Notes under the pieces: model-generated
What the model was told of the DNA's origin: nothing
Seen by the model: only the letters and a program-made list of their open reading frames with translations
Database searches by the model: none
Assembly (NCBI GenBank): GCA_002104905.1
Contig: MCFE01000127.1
Location: 96,185 to 160,184, forward strand
DNA from: Basidiobolus meristosporus CBS 931.73
Lineage: Eukaryota; Fungi; Basidiobolomycota
DNA: 64,000 nt
Reading direction: 5' to 3'
Made by a program: the position numbers and the translations under genes
In this document: positions 36,231 to 49,478 of the stretch, in pieces
Numbering within the stretch: position 1 is the stretch's first letter
How the letters are laid out: every line of letters starts with the position of its first letter

Positions 36231-37649
36231 ATGTTTCATCCTTCGCGTGGTGGTAATTATTCAGTTCATTTCAACACATTCCAAAACCACTTTCAAGCTA
36301 ACCTCGGAAATGGTCTGTCTTACTTCTAGGTGTCCGAGGTGGGCAAGATCAGTTCTCTTGGGAAGACGTAAAAGAAGACAAATATAGAGAGAACTATTTA
36401 GGCCATTCAGTCAAGGCACCGGTTGGAAGGTAATTTTTCACTTGAGCATTTGTCCTGAAAATACAGACCTCTAATCATAGATCCAATCGCCTCTCCATAG
36501 GTGGCAGAAAGGTTAGCACTTGTGATTCTCCAATCGAAGTAGATGGTATTAATTTCTTTACACTTGATTCAGGTAAAGATTTATTATGGTACGAACATAG
36601 TAAAGACGCCGCGGAGAAGCGAGCTGAAGAGCTAAGAGCTATAAAGGAAGCGGAGGCTGATGCCATGGCTGAAGCATTGTAAGTTCGCAAATAATCGTAT
36701 AGTCACGGGAAATCTCTTGGTTTGATAAGGCTAGCTTTCCTCAGCGTTTCGCTAATCCGCTCCTATCAATAGAGGCTTGCCAAAGCGCAACCGAGCCAGT
36801 AATATATCAGACAAAGAGATCCAAAATGTGTTGAAGAAAAGCCAAGATCAATCGGACGATGAGACGACCGGAAGTTTAGGACGTGGCCTAGGCTTTAAAC
36901 AATCAGGGCGGCAATCAACCAGCACGCAAGATTCAACGATTGTAAAAGAACAATTGATTCTTGGCAGCGTCCCGACATACACCAAAAATGTAATCATCTC
37001 TAAACCTAGCAGTACAGCAATGAATCAAGAGCTTTCAGACACAGAGATTGTCTCTGAGAAAAAAGAGAAGAAGCATAAGAAGAAACACAAGAAAGATAAG
37101 CATCGGAAGAAGTCTAAGCACTCCCGAGGCCGTTCAAGGTCTAGGTCGAGATCAATAACCCCAGAGAAGCGTGGGCGGAGAGATCCTTCTGAACGTTCAC
37201 ATCGGCGACACAGAAGCCAGCGCTCAAGGTCAGAAGATAGCAGTGAGAGTGATAGATCAATTTCGCGAGAACGTCGCTCTAGGTCTAGGACCCCTGTGCG
37301 TAGTAGCAAAGGTAGGTCTGAGAGACGCAATAGGTCACATTCCAGAGACAACTCTAGAGCTGCTACTCGTGAAAAGCGAGAAAGACGTCGTGAACGCGAT
37401 CGGTCTGAATCACCAAGATATAGACACAAAAGCTACACGCGTCGTAGATCCATCTCTCACAGTAGATCACGCTCTCCAAAAGAGGGCAGAAGAAGTGATA
37501 GAACCATGACGCACTCCAGTCGACCTCGATCCCCGTCAACCGACTACCACGAACGAGAGGAATATCCCAAGTCAAGGAGAAATCGGTCAGTCTCACCATA
37601 TCGTGATCATCATGATAGGCATACCACGAAACTCCCCAGCAATGAATAA
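36231..37649 (+). CDS. MMTAG2: MMTAG2/C1orf35 family protein with long RS-rich C-terminus, multi-exon
   Basis: [49 protein letters not shown] and [17 protein letters not shown]. Confidence 0.85.
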
Positions 37650-37928
37650 ACTGACCGCAATACCTTCTGAGTACCTGGGTAGCCTTCCCTCCGACAACGC
37701 TTTCGTAGTTGATAGATGTGGTGCAAGATATAAATAAATGATACGTTTTATTGAAGGAAAGACTTAGATTTCAATCATGATCCATTTCTTAATATTTGCG
37801 TAACATCAGTTCGATGGAGAGCCGATTTTTAGCGACTAATATAGACCGTTTACTTATATATATACATGGATCAGTGTAGTTGAAATTATCTATATACATG
37901 AATAGTTGGCATGATGTTGAATGGAAAC

Positions 37929-40510
37929 TCAAGCGCCTACTGAATTGTTGGCCTGGTTGTGGGCTTGTAATTGATTGATCCTCTCTTGAATATCTTGACG
38001 TTCAACACTGAGATTGGCGTATTGTTTCTGCAGTTCAGTCTCGCGATTAGTCAAATGATGGACTTGGCTTTGGATGCTGTGAATGCGCTGTGGGATGGCC
38101 ACTTTCTCCAACATATTCAAGTTCCTGAATGAGGAAAGCTCAATCGTCACCTGGTCGAGCTCTTCATAAGCTGCTGTGAGTTTCTCGACAAGAGCTTCCG
38201 ACCGAGCTTGATATCCACCGAGCACAACATTCAATTTCTTCTCTACCTTGGCCGCCCGAGCTGCTTCCTTGCCCATCTTTTTGCGGTTCTTTTCCAATAT
38301 ATCACTCATACTGGCAATCCTCTCTCCTTCCCCAATATCCTCGGATTTGACGTACTTCTCCAATGAGGGTGCATAAATATAGGATCCGCTTGTTCTCTCC
38401 CAAATTTCCGCGAATTCTTCCATGTTGATAGCACTGTTCTCATCACCACCGAGTGCCTTCTCGGATTCTTGTTTGATCAAGACTCGAGCCTCGTGCAACT
38501 CATCATCAGTGAACTGTTCGAGATTAACCTTCTTGGAAGTTTGCCCGTTGCCAAAAGGAAACTTGGCCTGATCATGAGCAAGAACAGACACTAGCTCTTC
38601 ACTGATCATATGTTGAGCTTGGCGCAGTAACTCGTCCTGTTCATCCTGGGCTGCACCCAAAATTCCCTCAGCATTGATGGACATTGGGCGCGGAAGCTGT
38701 CGCTGAATAACCTGGGTTCTACGTCTGAGCTCGGCTTGCTTTTGAGCTAAACGCAGTTCCTTTCTACGTTTGTCGGCATCTGCGGCATCCTCCTCCATGG
38801 CAGATGGAGCCAAGTCACCAGAAACGTCGTCTGTTGCCTCTTCAGGGAGACGAATCTCGAATTCATTTTTGGGTGCAGGTAGGTTGGCCAAACCAAGAGA
38901 AACTTGTTTTCTAACGGAAGCTAGGCGCATCTTTTCAGCCCTCGGAGTACCCTCGACAAAACCACCATCGCCATCAGCATTGATGCTTAACTCATCTCTG
39001 AATGGTGTTCTCAAGGGAGTGGCACCTGCTTGATTACCACGGCCTGGTGTAGTAAAGCCAGTACTAGCTCCACTTGCGCTACGAAGTGGAGTCAAGAGAG
39101 GATTGGGCGTTTGAGCTGGAGCATGTCGAGGTGTAGCTCCTTGGAACCCTGTTCCAGTTGCGCTTTGGATAAGTGGAGTGTTTTCCCCGCCCAAAAGAGG
39201 TGTTTGTGCAGATGATAAGGCACGCAAATTACGCGCCTCCATCATAACTGTGTCAGCAGCAGCTGGCGTTCTAGGGGTTCTTGCTGCCAGTCCAGATTGA
39301 ATAGTGGAGTAGGTTCCCAGCAAGCCCCTTGTAGCATCAACGCTACTTTCCTCAGCTATGCTCCTAGCGTTCTCGCCAGCAATACCGATCTTAACAATCT
39401 CCTCTAATTCGCTCTCTCCTACCTGAGGGGATGGTAGAAGAAGCTTTTTACGTCGTGTCAGCTGTTGTGCCTCATTAAGCTTGTTTAGCTGCATTGAGCT
39501 ACCCGGGACAAAGGAAGTTTCACCATTCTCCTTCCTTTGCTTCTGCTTTTTAGCGTCCTTTTTTCTTTCCTCGGCTTCAACTTCTGCCCTTCTTTTACCT
39601 TCTAACTTCTGGAGATCTAGACGTGAGCCCATGCGTTGAACAGGGCGTTCCTTCTCTTCAGTTGTGTCATAAAAACCTGGTGCCGGCTTTTTCTCCAGAG
39701 GAATATCTGCGTTGTAATCCATACCCTTTGTTTTCTTCTTAACTCGAATATCAATTCCGGCTGCTTTGAGTTCTCTACGCTTCTGGAGTGCTGCAAGACG
39801 TCTGGCCTCTTCTAACTGCTTTTCACGAGCCTTACGCTTAGCCTTCTTTCCCTGTGTGTTAGCAAGACGCGCTCTTGCTTCTGACAGCATTTCTTTCTCA
39901 TCTTCATCCATATCTACTGGATCCGGGCGAGCGGCCTTTGTTTCCGGATCTGGATCAATTTCTCCAGGTCTAAGTCTTCTAACATCGTCAGCGCTAGGAC
40001 CCGTATCACCAACACCGGTAAGCCCCAAATCAGCACCTTCCTTTTGCTCAGCCTCGTCGAGAAGTTGTTGGTATCTCTCTAGGCACTGAGAAGCCGTACG
40101 TCCAACAATGGGAGCGATTGTTCTCCATTGTGTGGGCATGAGTTTAGCAAGGTGGAGCAATTTCTCATCTTCTTCCTTGGACCATTCCGTTTTCTTGATG
40201 CTAGGATCAAGCCATTCATACCAACGAGCTTTGCACTGCTTTGGGGATTTACGCACTAACAGAGAAGAAATACGAGCCCATTGGTTTTTGCCATACTTCA
40301 TGACGGCAGCTTTGAGGATTTCATCCTTTAATAAATATCGCGTTAGTACGATTGAACATAGATCGCTGGTTAAACATTCGTCAACAACTCACCTCAGTAT
40401 TTTTCCAAACACCACCTGCGAGGAGGAGGAAAATAAAAGGTTAATCTTAAATCCAAGGGCATGCTGCTTACTGAGATCCTGGAAGGTATACCTTTAATCA
40501 ATACTCTCAT
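37929..40510 (-). CDS. CEF1: Pre-mRNA splicing factor Cef1/Cdc5
   Basis: MRVLIKG/GVWKNTE/DEILKAAVMKYGKNQWARISSLLVRKSPKQCKARWYEWLDP. Two short 5' introns; ATG at 40510. Confidence 0.96.
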
Positions 40511-40857
40511 CGCGGTAGAATAAGTATATTAACAAGTTCAAAGACGAGCACGCGTATGCATAATTGGTAGCATACTTTTCTAAATGATAGAAATGCATGG
40601 GTAAGGGACCCTTGATAAACTCCTTTTTTTTAAAATCTGAGGGCAGAAACCCTCAAAGCTAATTCGCATAGCACGCCAGAATTAAACGGATTATATCGCA
40701 TTTTCCAAAAACTTACTTAATTAGTTACATCAATGCTAACCACTTTTTTTGCAAAATTTGGACATCTGCTTTTGAGAAATAATCCGTAATTCACTGCGGA
40801 GTGTATTTGTCTTCTTTAAGTAGCACTGTAATAACCACTTCTAGACCTTTGCTCATT

Positions 40858-43280
40858 ATGGCTTCAAACGAAAGTGAGGACGCTGCCAGCAATTCCACGC
40901 GACCTTTGTACGTACAACCATTCTATTTTTGGATTAACAACAATTTATTTACTAATCCTGTCTTTTGCAGAGATCCTGTCAGCACAGATGCTGGTCACAG
41001 AAAAAAAGAATCAGCTCCAGAAAGCCAAAAGAAAAGGTCGGCCTTGAATTTCAAACGTATTATCTGAATTTATGCTCAAAGATCCCAACCATTTTATTTA
41101 GATCACGCTCTATTTCGGAATCACGCTCCAGATCTAGATCCCGCTCTCCACCTCGTCGACGCAGAAGATCTCCTTCCACATCCAGTTCAGTGTCTCGCTC
41201 AAGCTCCGAAAGTAGATCGCGCTCTCCTCGTAGACGAAGACGTTCCGTGTCTTCTAGCTCTAGATCGCGTTCTCCCTCTCGCCGCCGCCGTAGTAGACGT
41301 TCAAGCTCTGGTTCACGGTCAAGAAACAGGACAAGGGAGTCACGTCGCAGCCGTTCTACCCGCTCACCGCAGCGCTCATCGAGACGTCGCTCGCCCTCTC
41401 TAGAGCCTCCCAGGGTCTTTGATGTCAATCCATCTAGACGTCGCGAACGAGAGCGACAACTGGCCCAACAATACAATGATGAACCGTTGACAGAAAAGAA
41501 TAGGATCGATGTGGCAGCTGAGCGTAAAGAGATGCTTTTAACGACTCGTACCGGAGGCGCGTATATCCCACCTGCTCGTTTGAGAATGATGCAGGAGAGT
41601 ATTAGTGACAAGAGTAGCAAGGAGTACCAGAGAATGGCCTGGGAAACGCTCAAAAAAGGGATCAATGGTATGATTAACAAGGTTAATACGTCTAATATCA
41701 AGAGTATTATTCCTGAGCTCTTTAGCACCAACCTCATCCGTGGTCGTGGTCTTATGTGTCGATCGATCATGAAGGCACAGGCTGCTTCATTGCCTTTCAC
41801 TCCTGTTTATGCTGCCGTCATTGCAGTCATCAACACCAAGATGCCCCAGGTTGGAGAGCTGTTACTTACTAGATTGATTATCCAATTTCGTAGAGCATTT
41901 CAGCGAAATGATAAAACGACATGTCTAGCAACCACCAGCTTCATCGCGCATCTAACCAACCAACTTGTCGCCCATGAAATTCTGGCGTTGCAGATCTTGG
42001 CACTTCTGCTTGAACGCCCCACCGACGATTCAGTTGAAATTGCTGTCGGATTTATTCGCGAGTGTGGTGCACATCTCACTGAGGTCTCACCCAAAGCCAC
42101 ACACGCTGCATTCGAACGGTTCAGAGGTATTCTACATGAAGGCCAAATAGACAAGCGTGTGCAATACATGATTGAAGTTCTCTTCCAGGTTCGCAAGGAC
42201 AAGTTTAAGGATAACCCATCGATTATGCCAGAACTTGACATTGTCGAAGAAGAGGACCAAATCACACATTATCTCTCGTTGGATGACGAGGAACTTAACC
42301 CCGAGGAGGGCTTGGGTGTATTTAAGTTCGATCCTGATTACCTAGAGAACGAAGAGAAATACCTCCAGATCAAAAAGGAGATTCTTGGGGATGATGACGA
42401 TGATGACGATGACGATGAGTCGGGTAGTGACGGAGATGACAGCGATGAAAGCGATTCTGAGCCGGAAGATTCCAAGGGGCCTGCTGATAAGATGAACATT
42501 CACGACCAGACCAATACCAATATCATCAACCTACGCCGTACCATCTATCTGACCATCATGTCCAGTGTGGAGTTCCAGGAATGCGTCCACAAGCTGATGA
42601 AGCTGAACATTCAGGATGGGCAGCAAATCGAGCTGGCCAATATGATCGTCGAGTGTTGCTCACAGGAGCGAACCTACCTGAAGTTCTATGGGCTCATAGG
42701 AGAGAGGTTCTGTAAGATGAACCGAGTTTGGGCCGAGGCATTCCAGCAATGCTTTGCTCAAACCTTTGAGATCATCCATCAGTATGAGACAAACCGACTC
42801 CGTAACGTTGCCAAGTACTTTGGCCACTTGCTCTCTTCTGATGCGATCTCCTGGGATGTCATGTCGTTCATCAAGTTAAACGAAGAAGACACAACTTCAA
42901 GCTCCCGTATTTTCATCAAGATCTTGTTCCTAGATCTCAGCGAAACACTTGGCCTGAAGAAACTGAATGAGCGACTAAAGAGCCCAGCCATGGCTGAGCA
43001 GACGGCAGGTCTATTTCCTCGAGACAATCCCAAGAATACTCGCTTTGCCATTAATTACTTTACTAGCATTAATCTTGGTGGGCTGACTGATGAACTGCGT
43101 GAGCATCTGAAGAATCTTCCCAAGCTTATGCTTGCTCAGCGTAAACTAAACAGCGACTCTTCCGACTCGGACTCTGATTCAGACTCTGACAGTGACTCCT
43201 CTTCTGGCTCGGATAGCGACAGCAGTTCCACCGGATCCTCCTCCAGTGGCTCAGACACAGACTCCTCTGATTCTGATTAA
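40858..43280 (+). CDS. CWC22: Pre-mRNA splicing factor Cwc22 (MIF4G + MA3)
   Basis: [72 protein letters not shown]-rich N-terminus and SD-rich tail. Confidence 0.96.
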
Positions 43281-44387
43281 ATCCCACTCTCATGTCGATC
43301 GCTATGCATATAGTTTGATCAGTTTTCACACCCAAAGCCTACTTGTACTATTTGTTTCGTAAATCCACGTGTTTTGTTTGAAAAAGCCAAAAATATTAAT
43401 AAACTGTCTGTTCAATCATTTTTATGGAACAATCGTTGTTATTGATTTGGCTGTTACAGATTCCCGGAGCGTTACTTGAGTGGATTTTTGATATATGCAA
43501 CCATTGAGCGTTGTTTGACAACGTATGTTCAGTGCATAGTACGCATACATGAAGTAGAGGCACTCTCAGGTGAATTAACATCCAGTAGTGGTTGAAAGGC
43601 CACATTCAAATCATATAGACCCTGCTTGTTGGTTACTGCTTCGTGCAGATATATGTGACAGGGTGAGCATGCACGCGGATTGTGGTATTTACGGTGACAT
43701 GAAGTTGGCTTCCAGTTGTTCCATATAGTCCTGGCTAATGTCTATCCGGAGGTGTCTGATGTCATATTTGCCCGAACAGGTGCTATCCGATTGCGGCGCC
43801 ATCCACAGGAGCCGCTGCCGCAATCTCAATGTGGCGATGTCAAGAAGAGGGCCAAGCTGAAAGAGCAGTCAACATCGGGTTTTAGCAAGGAAAACGGTCC
43901 CCCGCATCTCAAAACGTTCAGTTTGATTTGTTTGAGGTCCTTTTGTTGAGATACCGGTAACATGCATACACATCACTGGGATCTCCACGTATTGTTCGTG
44001 AATAATATGCTTGATTGTGACTAACCATTATGGTGCTGGACCAATTTGGAATTGTGTGCATGGATAGTATATTTGTATCGTCTCTGATACTCTCTTACAA
44101 ATTCGTAACTGATTACTATTTTGCATTTCTAATTATCCATTCCCTGTGAGCGCTGATTTATGATAGGGTCACAGGATTTGCTATTAATTCTTCAGCCCTT
44201 TCCACCTGTGGCACTAATACTTGTTCTTTGCTTATTTCTCCTACTTATTCTAACCAACCTTATAAGCACTCTACCCGCTCCTTTTCGACTTTCCCCATTC
44301 ACCGCCATTTTCGTTTGTTAGTGAGAAGACCCCACCCCTTCTGCCTATTTTAAAATCCACATAACCACTTATTTGTTAGAGCAAGTA

Positions 44388-47300
44388 ATGGTTATTGAGA
44401 ACTTCAAGAGATCAGAAACGGATCACTCTAATTGCATCTTGGAACATCCACCCACCTCCACTGATGCTGTTTCCTCACCCACTTCAGAATATACTTCCAG
44501 TGAGTTCTTGAGAAAAACCCCCTCGAGCTTATCTTGTAAGAACAGATCCAGAAACGCCTTGACGAGTCCTATCCTTGCTTCCAACACGCCCTTATCCAGA
44601 AATAGTCCTTTATCCCTCGGTAGTAACACACTAAAAAAGACACAGTCACTCAAATCTCTAGCGGAAAAAGCAAAGTCGGCTTCCTTCAAGCAGGCCTTGT
44701 GTGATCCTCAACTCAACCAGAAGCTCAAAAAAGCTGTACCCAAGCAATGGGAGCGCGATCATTCCAAGGACGGGCATAGAGCGCAATATCAGAAATTGGT
44801 CAAGCGGTATGTTTTACCTCAGCAGCCCTAAATCACGTTCACTTTTGACTAATCATGCTTGCTCTTTCTTTAGATACTACTATCAGTTAACTGTAGGTTG
44901 TGATGACTCCAATTGTCGCAATCGGTTCTGCTCTTCATGTCAAGGTAAATTCTATTATATTCCTCCTCTATTTCCTCTTGTATTCATCTTTTTTATATAG
45001 CTTCGCCACACATGTCCTCAGAGTCAGCCGCCATTTTTGCAGTCCAACTCGCCTCTCGTTCGCGACATTATTTCTGCTCCTCTTGCCCTGTTGAGCCAGA
45101 GATATCCCTTCCAAATACACTTTTCACAACTTCTGATACTGATACTGGCGCAGGCGTCGTCAAAGACGAGCCTGAACAATCCAGCACCCCTAAAATAGAA
45201 GCCAAACCTTTCTTATTTTCTCTGTTTTCTTCGGCACCATTTCTCTCCATGTTTTCTACACCGTCCAGTAAGAACGGCACAAACCAATTGCCCCGACCAC
45301 CATCGGGCTCTCCAGCAACCATCCTAACTTCTGGACAAAATTCCATTTCTAATACTCCCAACCAATTGGATTCCTCGAGTATATCTCGACGTTTACGAAG
45401 ACAAAATATTCCCTCTTCGGGGGATGGCAAGATTACCAACAACGAGCTATCAGCGCCAGCATTGCTTTTGAGGAATACTTCAACATACAGCCAGGAAGAT
45501 ACAGAGGAGAGTAATGAATCGCAAGGAGCTCGTAAAGAGCGGAATTATCTCGGGTTTCCCAAGCTTCTCAGCCACTCATGTGAGTTTATCGGCATCTTAT
45601 TGACACATGTAGCCATGTTGACCAATTTTTCAACCATACATCTAGTTGATATCATACCCTTTCGACATTCCAATACAGACGGAGGTACCAGTGGGCAAGT
45701 CACGGAGGAGGATGACCCAAGCTCCGACTGGAGATCCATATTAAGCAACGAGAGTGATGATATCGAACCTCAGCTTAGTCTCAGTTACCTGACATTGCCA
45801 TTGCTGCAGCGTACAGTTGCCACGTACTCATCAGAGCAGAGTGATTTCTCACCGGTGAATAAAGAACCCGATGATGACTGGCTCGAACTTAAGGGAAAGG
45901 AGCGGGAGATGGGAGAGATGTTGCCACGTTCGCCCAAATCCATAATGTCATATCGACATTACCGTTCGCTCTCTCGACGCAATGTGGTGATGGGATCCAT
46001 TGATTCTAAATTTCTGATCAATACTATTCGAACTGTATTCTCCTCCACAGAAACTCTCAATGTGAGCTTTCTAGCTGAGTCGCCTGAGCAAGAACACATG
46101 TCTGGTCTGGATCTCGATTCCATTCGAAATTCCTACAACCTAATACTGCACCAAAAGCCTAAACAATTGTTTATTGACACCTTGGCTGCTGCCACTGAGA
46201 TTGTTCTTGCTGAGCTCGAAATCAATTCAAAGCGACTGTCGAAAGCGGAAGGATTAAGAGTATTACTCATTCTATTGGAGAACCCGTTGATGAAGGATTC
46301 TTTCTACTCAGAGTCGCTGTTACGCAGGTTAACTCAGGTCCTCAGCCAAGTGTCTGGATCCGCTCGGAGCGTGCTCTTACAGTGGTTTTCAACATATGAC
46401 GGCCATGGTTTCTTGGATATAGTCAATATGTTCCACGATTACCTAGCTAATCACTTTCAGCCTAGCCCAAGGCCAGACGACCCCGTTGCCTGTGCAACCA
46501 AAGTACTGGGTCTACTCTACGATGCCAATGAGACTTCTCGCCCTGAACATCTGGTACCACCAAGTGCTTTTTACAATACAGTTCTGTCAAGCACCATGAA
46601 TATCAAAGATGAATATCGACTGTGGAAAAAGTTGATTGAGCGGGATGGCAAAGTAACGCTTGGTTCCTCGATTCGAAAACCCCCGAAATTCTCGTATTTC
46701 AACTATCCATTCTTATTCGATCCCAGCGCCAAAAGCCTGATATTCCACGTGGATGCCGTTTGCCAAATGTCCAAGAAGTATGAAGACGCATGTGTACATC
46801 ACGCCCTCGTTTTGCATGCTCAACGCTTTATGCAAGATTCTCAAAAGGCCACCAGGATCGAGGAGAGCCTACGTCGACTTACATGCCCGTACTTCGTTCT
46901 AGAGATTCGTCGAGATTTCTTTATCGAAGATACTTTGACCCAGATCGAGGCTAAGGCGAGGAATCTCAAGAAGCCCCTCAAGATAAGATTTGTCAATGGT
47001 GGTGAAGAGGGAATCGATCAAGGTGGTGTCCAGAAAGAGTTTTTCCAAATGCTAGTCGCCAAGCTGCTTGACCCTGTCTTTGGGATGTTCGTATATGATG
47101 AGAAGACTCGCTATTCTTGGATCAACGGTGCGTCTAAAGAGGGTGAGAAGTACTTTGAACTTGTCGGAGTGATCCTTGGCTTGGCGTTATACAATGGTGT
47201 GATTATTGGGGCAAACTTCCCCAAGTTGATTTACAAAAAAATCCTGGGCAAACCGGTTGTGCTAGATGACATTAAGGAGGGATTCCCGGAGCTTGGTAGA

Positions 47301-47945
47301 GGATTGGAGCAAATGCTAGAATGGGAAGACGGAGATGTTTATGATGTATTCATGCGGGAATTTGAGATTGCTTACGACGAATCCGGGGCTATGACCACGT
47401 ATCCGCTGATCCCAGATGGATCAAATATTCCTGTCACCAATCAAAACCGCGAAGAGTATGTCCAACTCTATATTGATCACTTTGCCAATAAGTATGTATC
47501 AAAGCAATTTTCTGCGTTGAGAGATGGATTCCTGAGGGTATGTGGCGGAACAGCAATATCGATGCTGAGACCGGAGGAATTGGAGCTCCTTCTGTGCGGA
47601 AATTCGGAGTTCAATCTGGATGAGTTGGAGCGTGGCGCTCAGTATGATGATGGATACAGTCCTGAACACTACGTGATTCGCAACTTCTGGAGTATCGTTC
47701 ATGAGTTATCCCATGACCAGCAAAAGAAGTTGCTGATCTTTGTTACCGCCAGTGATCGCGTCCCCGTTAAGGGGCTTGGGACTGTTACGTTTGTGATACA
47801 AAGAAACGGACCGGACTCGGAGCGTTTACCAACTGCACTTACTTGTTTCGGACGACTGCTGCTACCTGAATACTCAAACCGGCAGAAGTTGAAAAAATGC
47901 CTGCTGACAGCAATTGAGAATGCACGTGGCTTTGGTCTTGTGTAA
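44388..47945 (+). CDS. HECT E3 ubiquitin ligase, UBE3A/E6AP-Hul4 group, with AZUL zinc finger
   Basis: LVKR/YYYQLTVGCDDSNCRNRFCSSC (AZUL-like); KKPLKIRF..GEEGIDQGGVQKEFF; catalytic RLPTALTCF; C-terminal ARGFGLV. Confidence 0.92.
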
Positions 47946-49226
47946 ACTTGAGCTACACCAATCCCCACACCAATAGGGCATCTTACCATGTTTAGCATTT
48001 CCCGTCATTTGCATCCGTAGAACACTCGTTTGAACCCACGTATTAATCCTTTCCCGCCACCGCCATGTATTTTACCTATGTTAATCCCAATATCCGCCCA
48101 CCTCCTGTCCAGGTGCTCTTCTCACATTGTCCTTCTGGAATATGTATTCGTAGTTTGCCACGTACACTTGACCTTGTTCCACTTTGTATACATCGATATC
48201 TCATCTGGCTGATTGCCGACCAATAATGATTCCTCTCCATGCTCAAGTTCCCCCTTTAAGGCATAAAATCTAGCCTCCGAATAAATAGGCAATTTTGAAG
48301 CAAGCCCGGGCGTCTCGGAGTCCCATCCGATCTAATGACTTAGAGGCCGCGCGCAAAACTCTAAACGGATTAGGCTAAGAAACCTTCAAAATGTGTGCCA
48401 AGATGGAAAGCATCATTTGAAGAACGGCCTCCAGAATCACGGTTAGAAATGCTTGATGATACGGGTTGCTGCGGGGCATACAGATACCCGAATGATACGT
48501 TAGGGACATATTTGATCGCAGACTCTAAACGACTAGTATACCCGTCGGCCACGGTATAAGGATATCGATATAAGTCTTTGAGTGCCCATCGCCTTGTCCT
48601 ACTCCCGGCAGAATGTACCCACGGCATAGTTGAACCAATCCAGCATTAACTTTCTCGGGACATGCTCCGATTCAATAATACTCTGGAATTTCTCGCAGGC
48701 TATTTTTGGTGGACCAATGTATTCTCGTATCGAGGAAAAAACTAGAAATCACGTCGTGGGGGGGGGCGACGATATTCGCCGAAAGTTGTGAGAAAAAAAC
48801 GCTTCACCGCTGCCACGATCCCTGGGGAATTGGGAAGAGATCTTAATTGCTGAAAATCCGTGGATTCTTAAACGGTGGTGGTTTTGGTCCAGTCGCGTGC
48901 GGAGTAATATCGCATTCCTGAATCAACTGGGATTTCCTTTATAGTTTAAGTGCAATCGACCGTTTGATTTGACCTCCAATTAAGTCCACTTACCAACAAA
49001 CCGGTTATGAGTATTACGAGCCTCGATCATATGGCCCAATGAATGCTCCATCATTTGAGAATGGAACCTTCCACAGCAGCTACACTTGTTGCTCACAGAT
49101 CTCGTTTTCATCGAGTTTCTTTAACAGGCAAAGAGCGGATGACTGGCAGAAGCTTCGGGGGGAATTCCAATATAAAAGGTGGCCTTGGCGGGGAACCATC
49201 AAGAGCTTGCCTCAACTACGTTAACA

Positions 49227-49478
49227 ATGTCTGATATTCAAAAGATCATCCGTTTCCGTCGCCAGAACAAGACCAATCACTCATCGCATAGTCAGCCCAC
49301 AGCAAGTCCAATCCTCCATGCATCATCGTCAGTCAAACAGATTGCAGAGGAGACCGATGGGTTGGAAAGCTTCATCTCGGCCAGCTCCCTCAAGTTGTAT
49401 TCGCAAGAAGAGAGGTCCGACTTCGTTCGTTTGGCCGAAATGCTGGATCAAAGTTACCAGCAATTCTTGAAGACTTAG
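49227..49478 (+). CDS. Hypothetical small protein (83 aa)
   Basis: ATG in ACAATG context ~55 nt downstream of TATAAAA. C-terminal half is helical and protein-like (LESFISASSLKLYSQEERSDFVRLAEMLDQSYQQFL). No homologue recognised. Confidence 0.35.
   Translation: MSDIQKIIRFRRQNKTNHSSHSQPTASPILHASSSVKQIAEETDGLESFISASSLKLYSQEERSDFVRLAEMLDQSYQQFLKT

Noticed and set aside
48370-48627. 85-aa minus-strand ORF, and ORFs at 49740-50718
   Set aside because: No motifs; compatible with chance ORFs.
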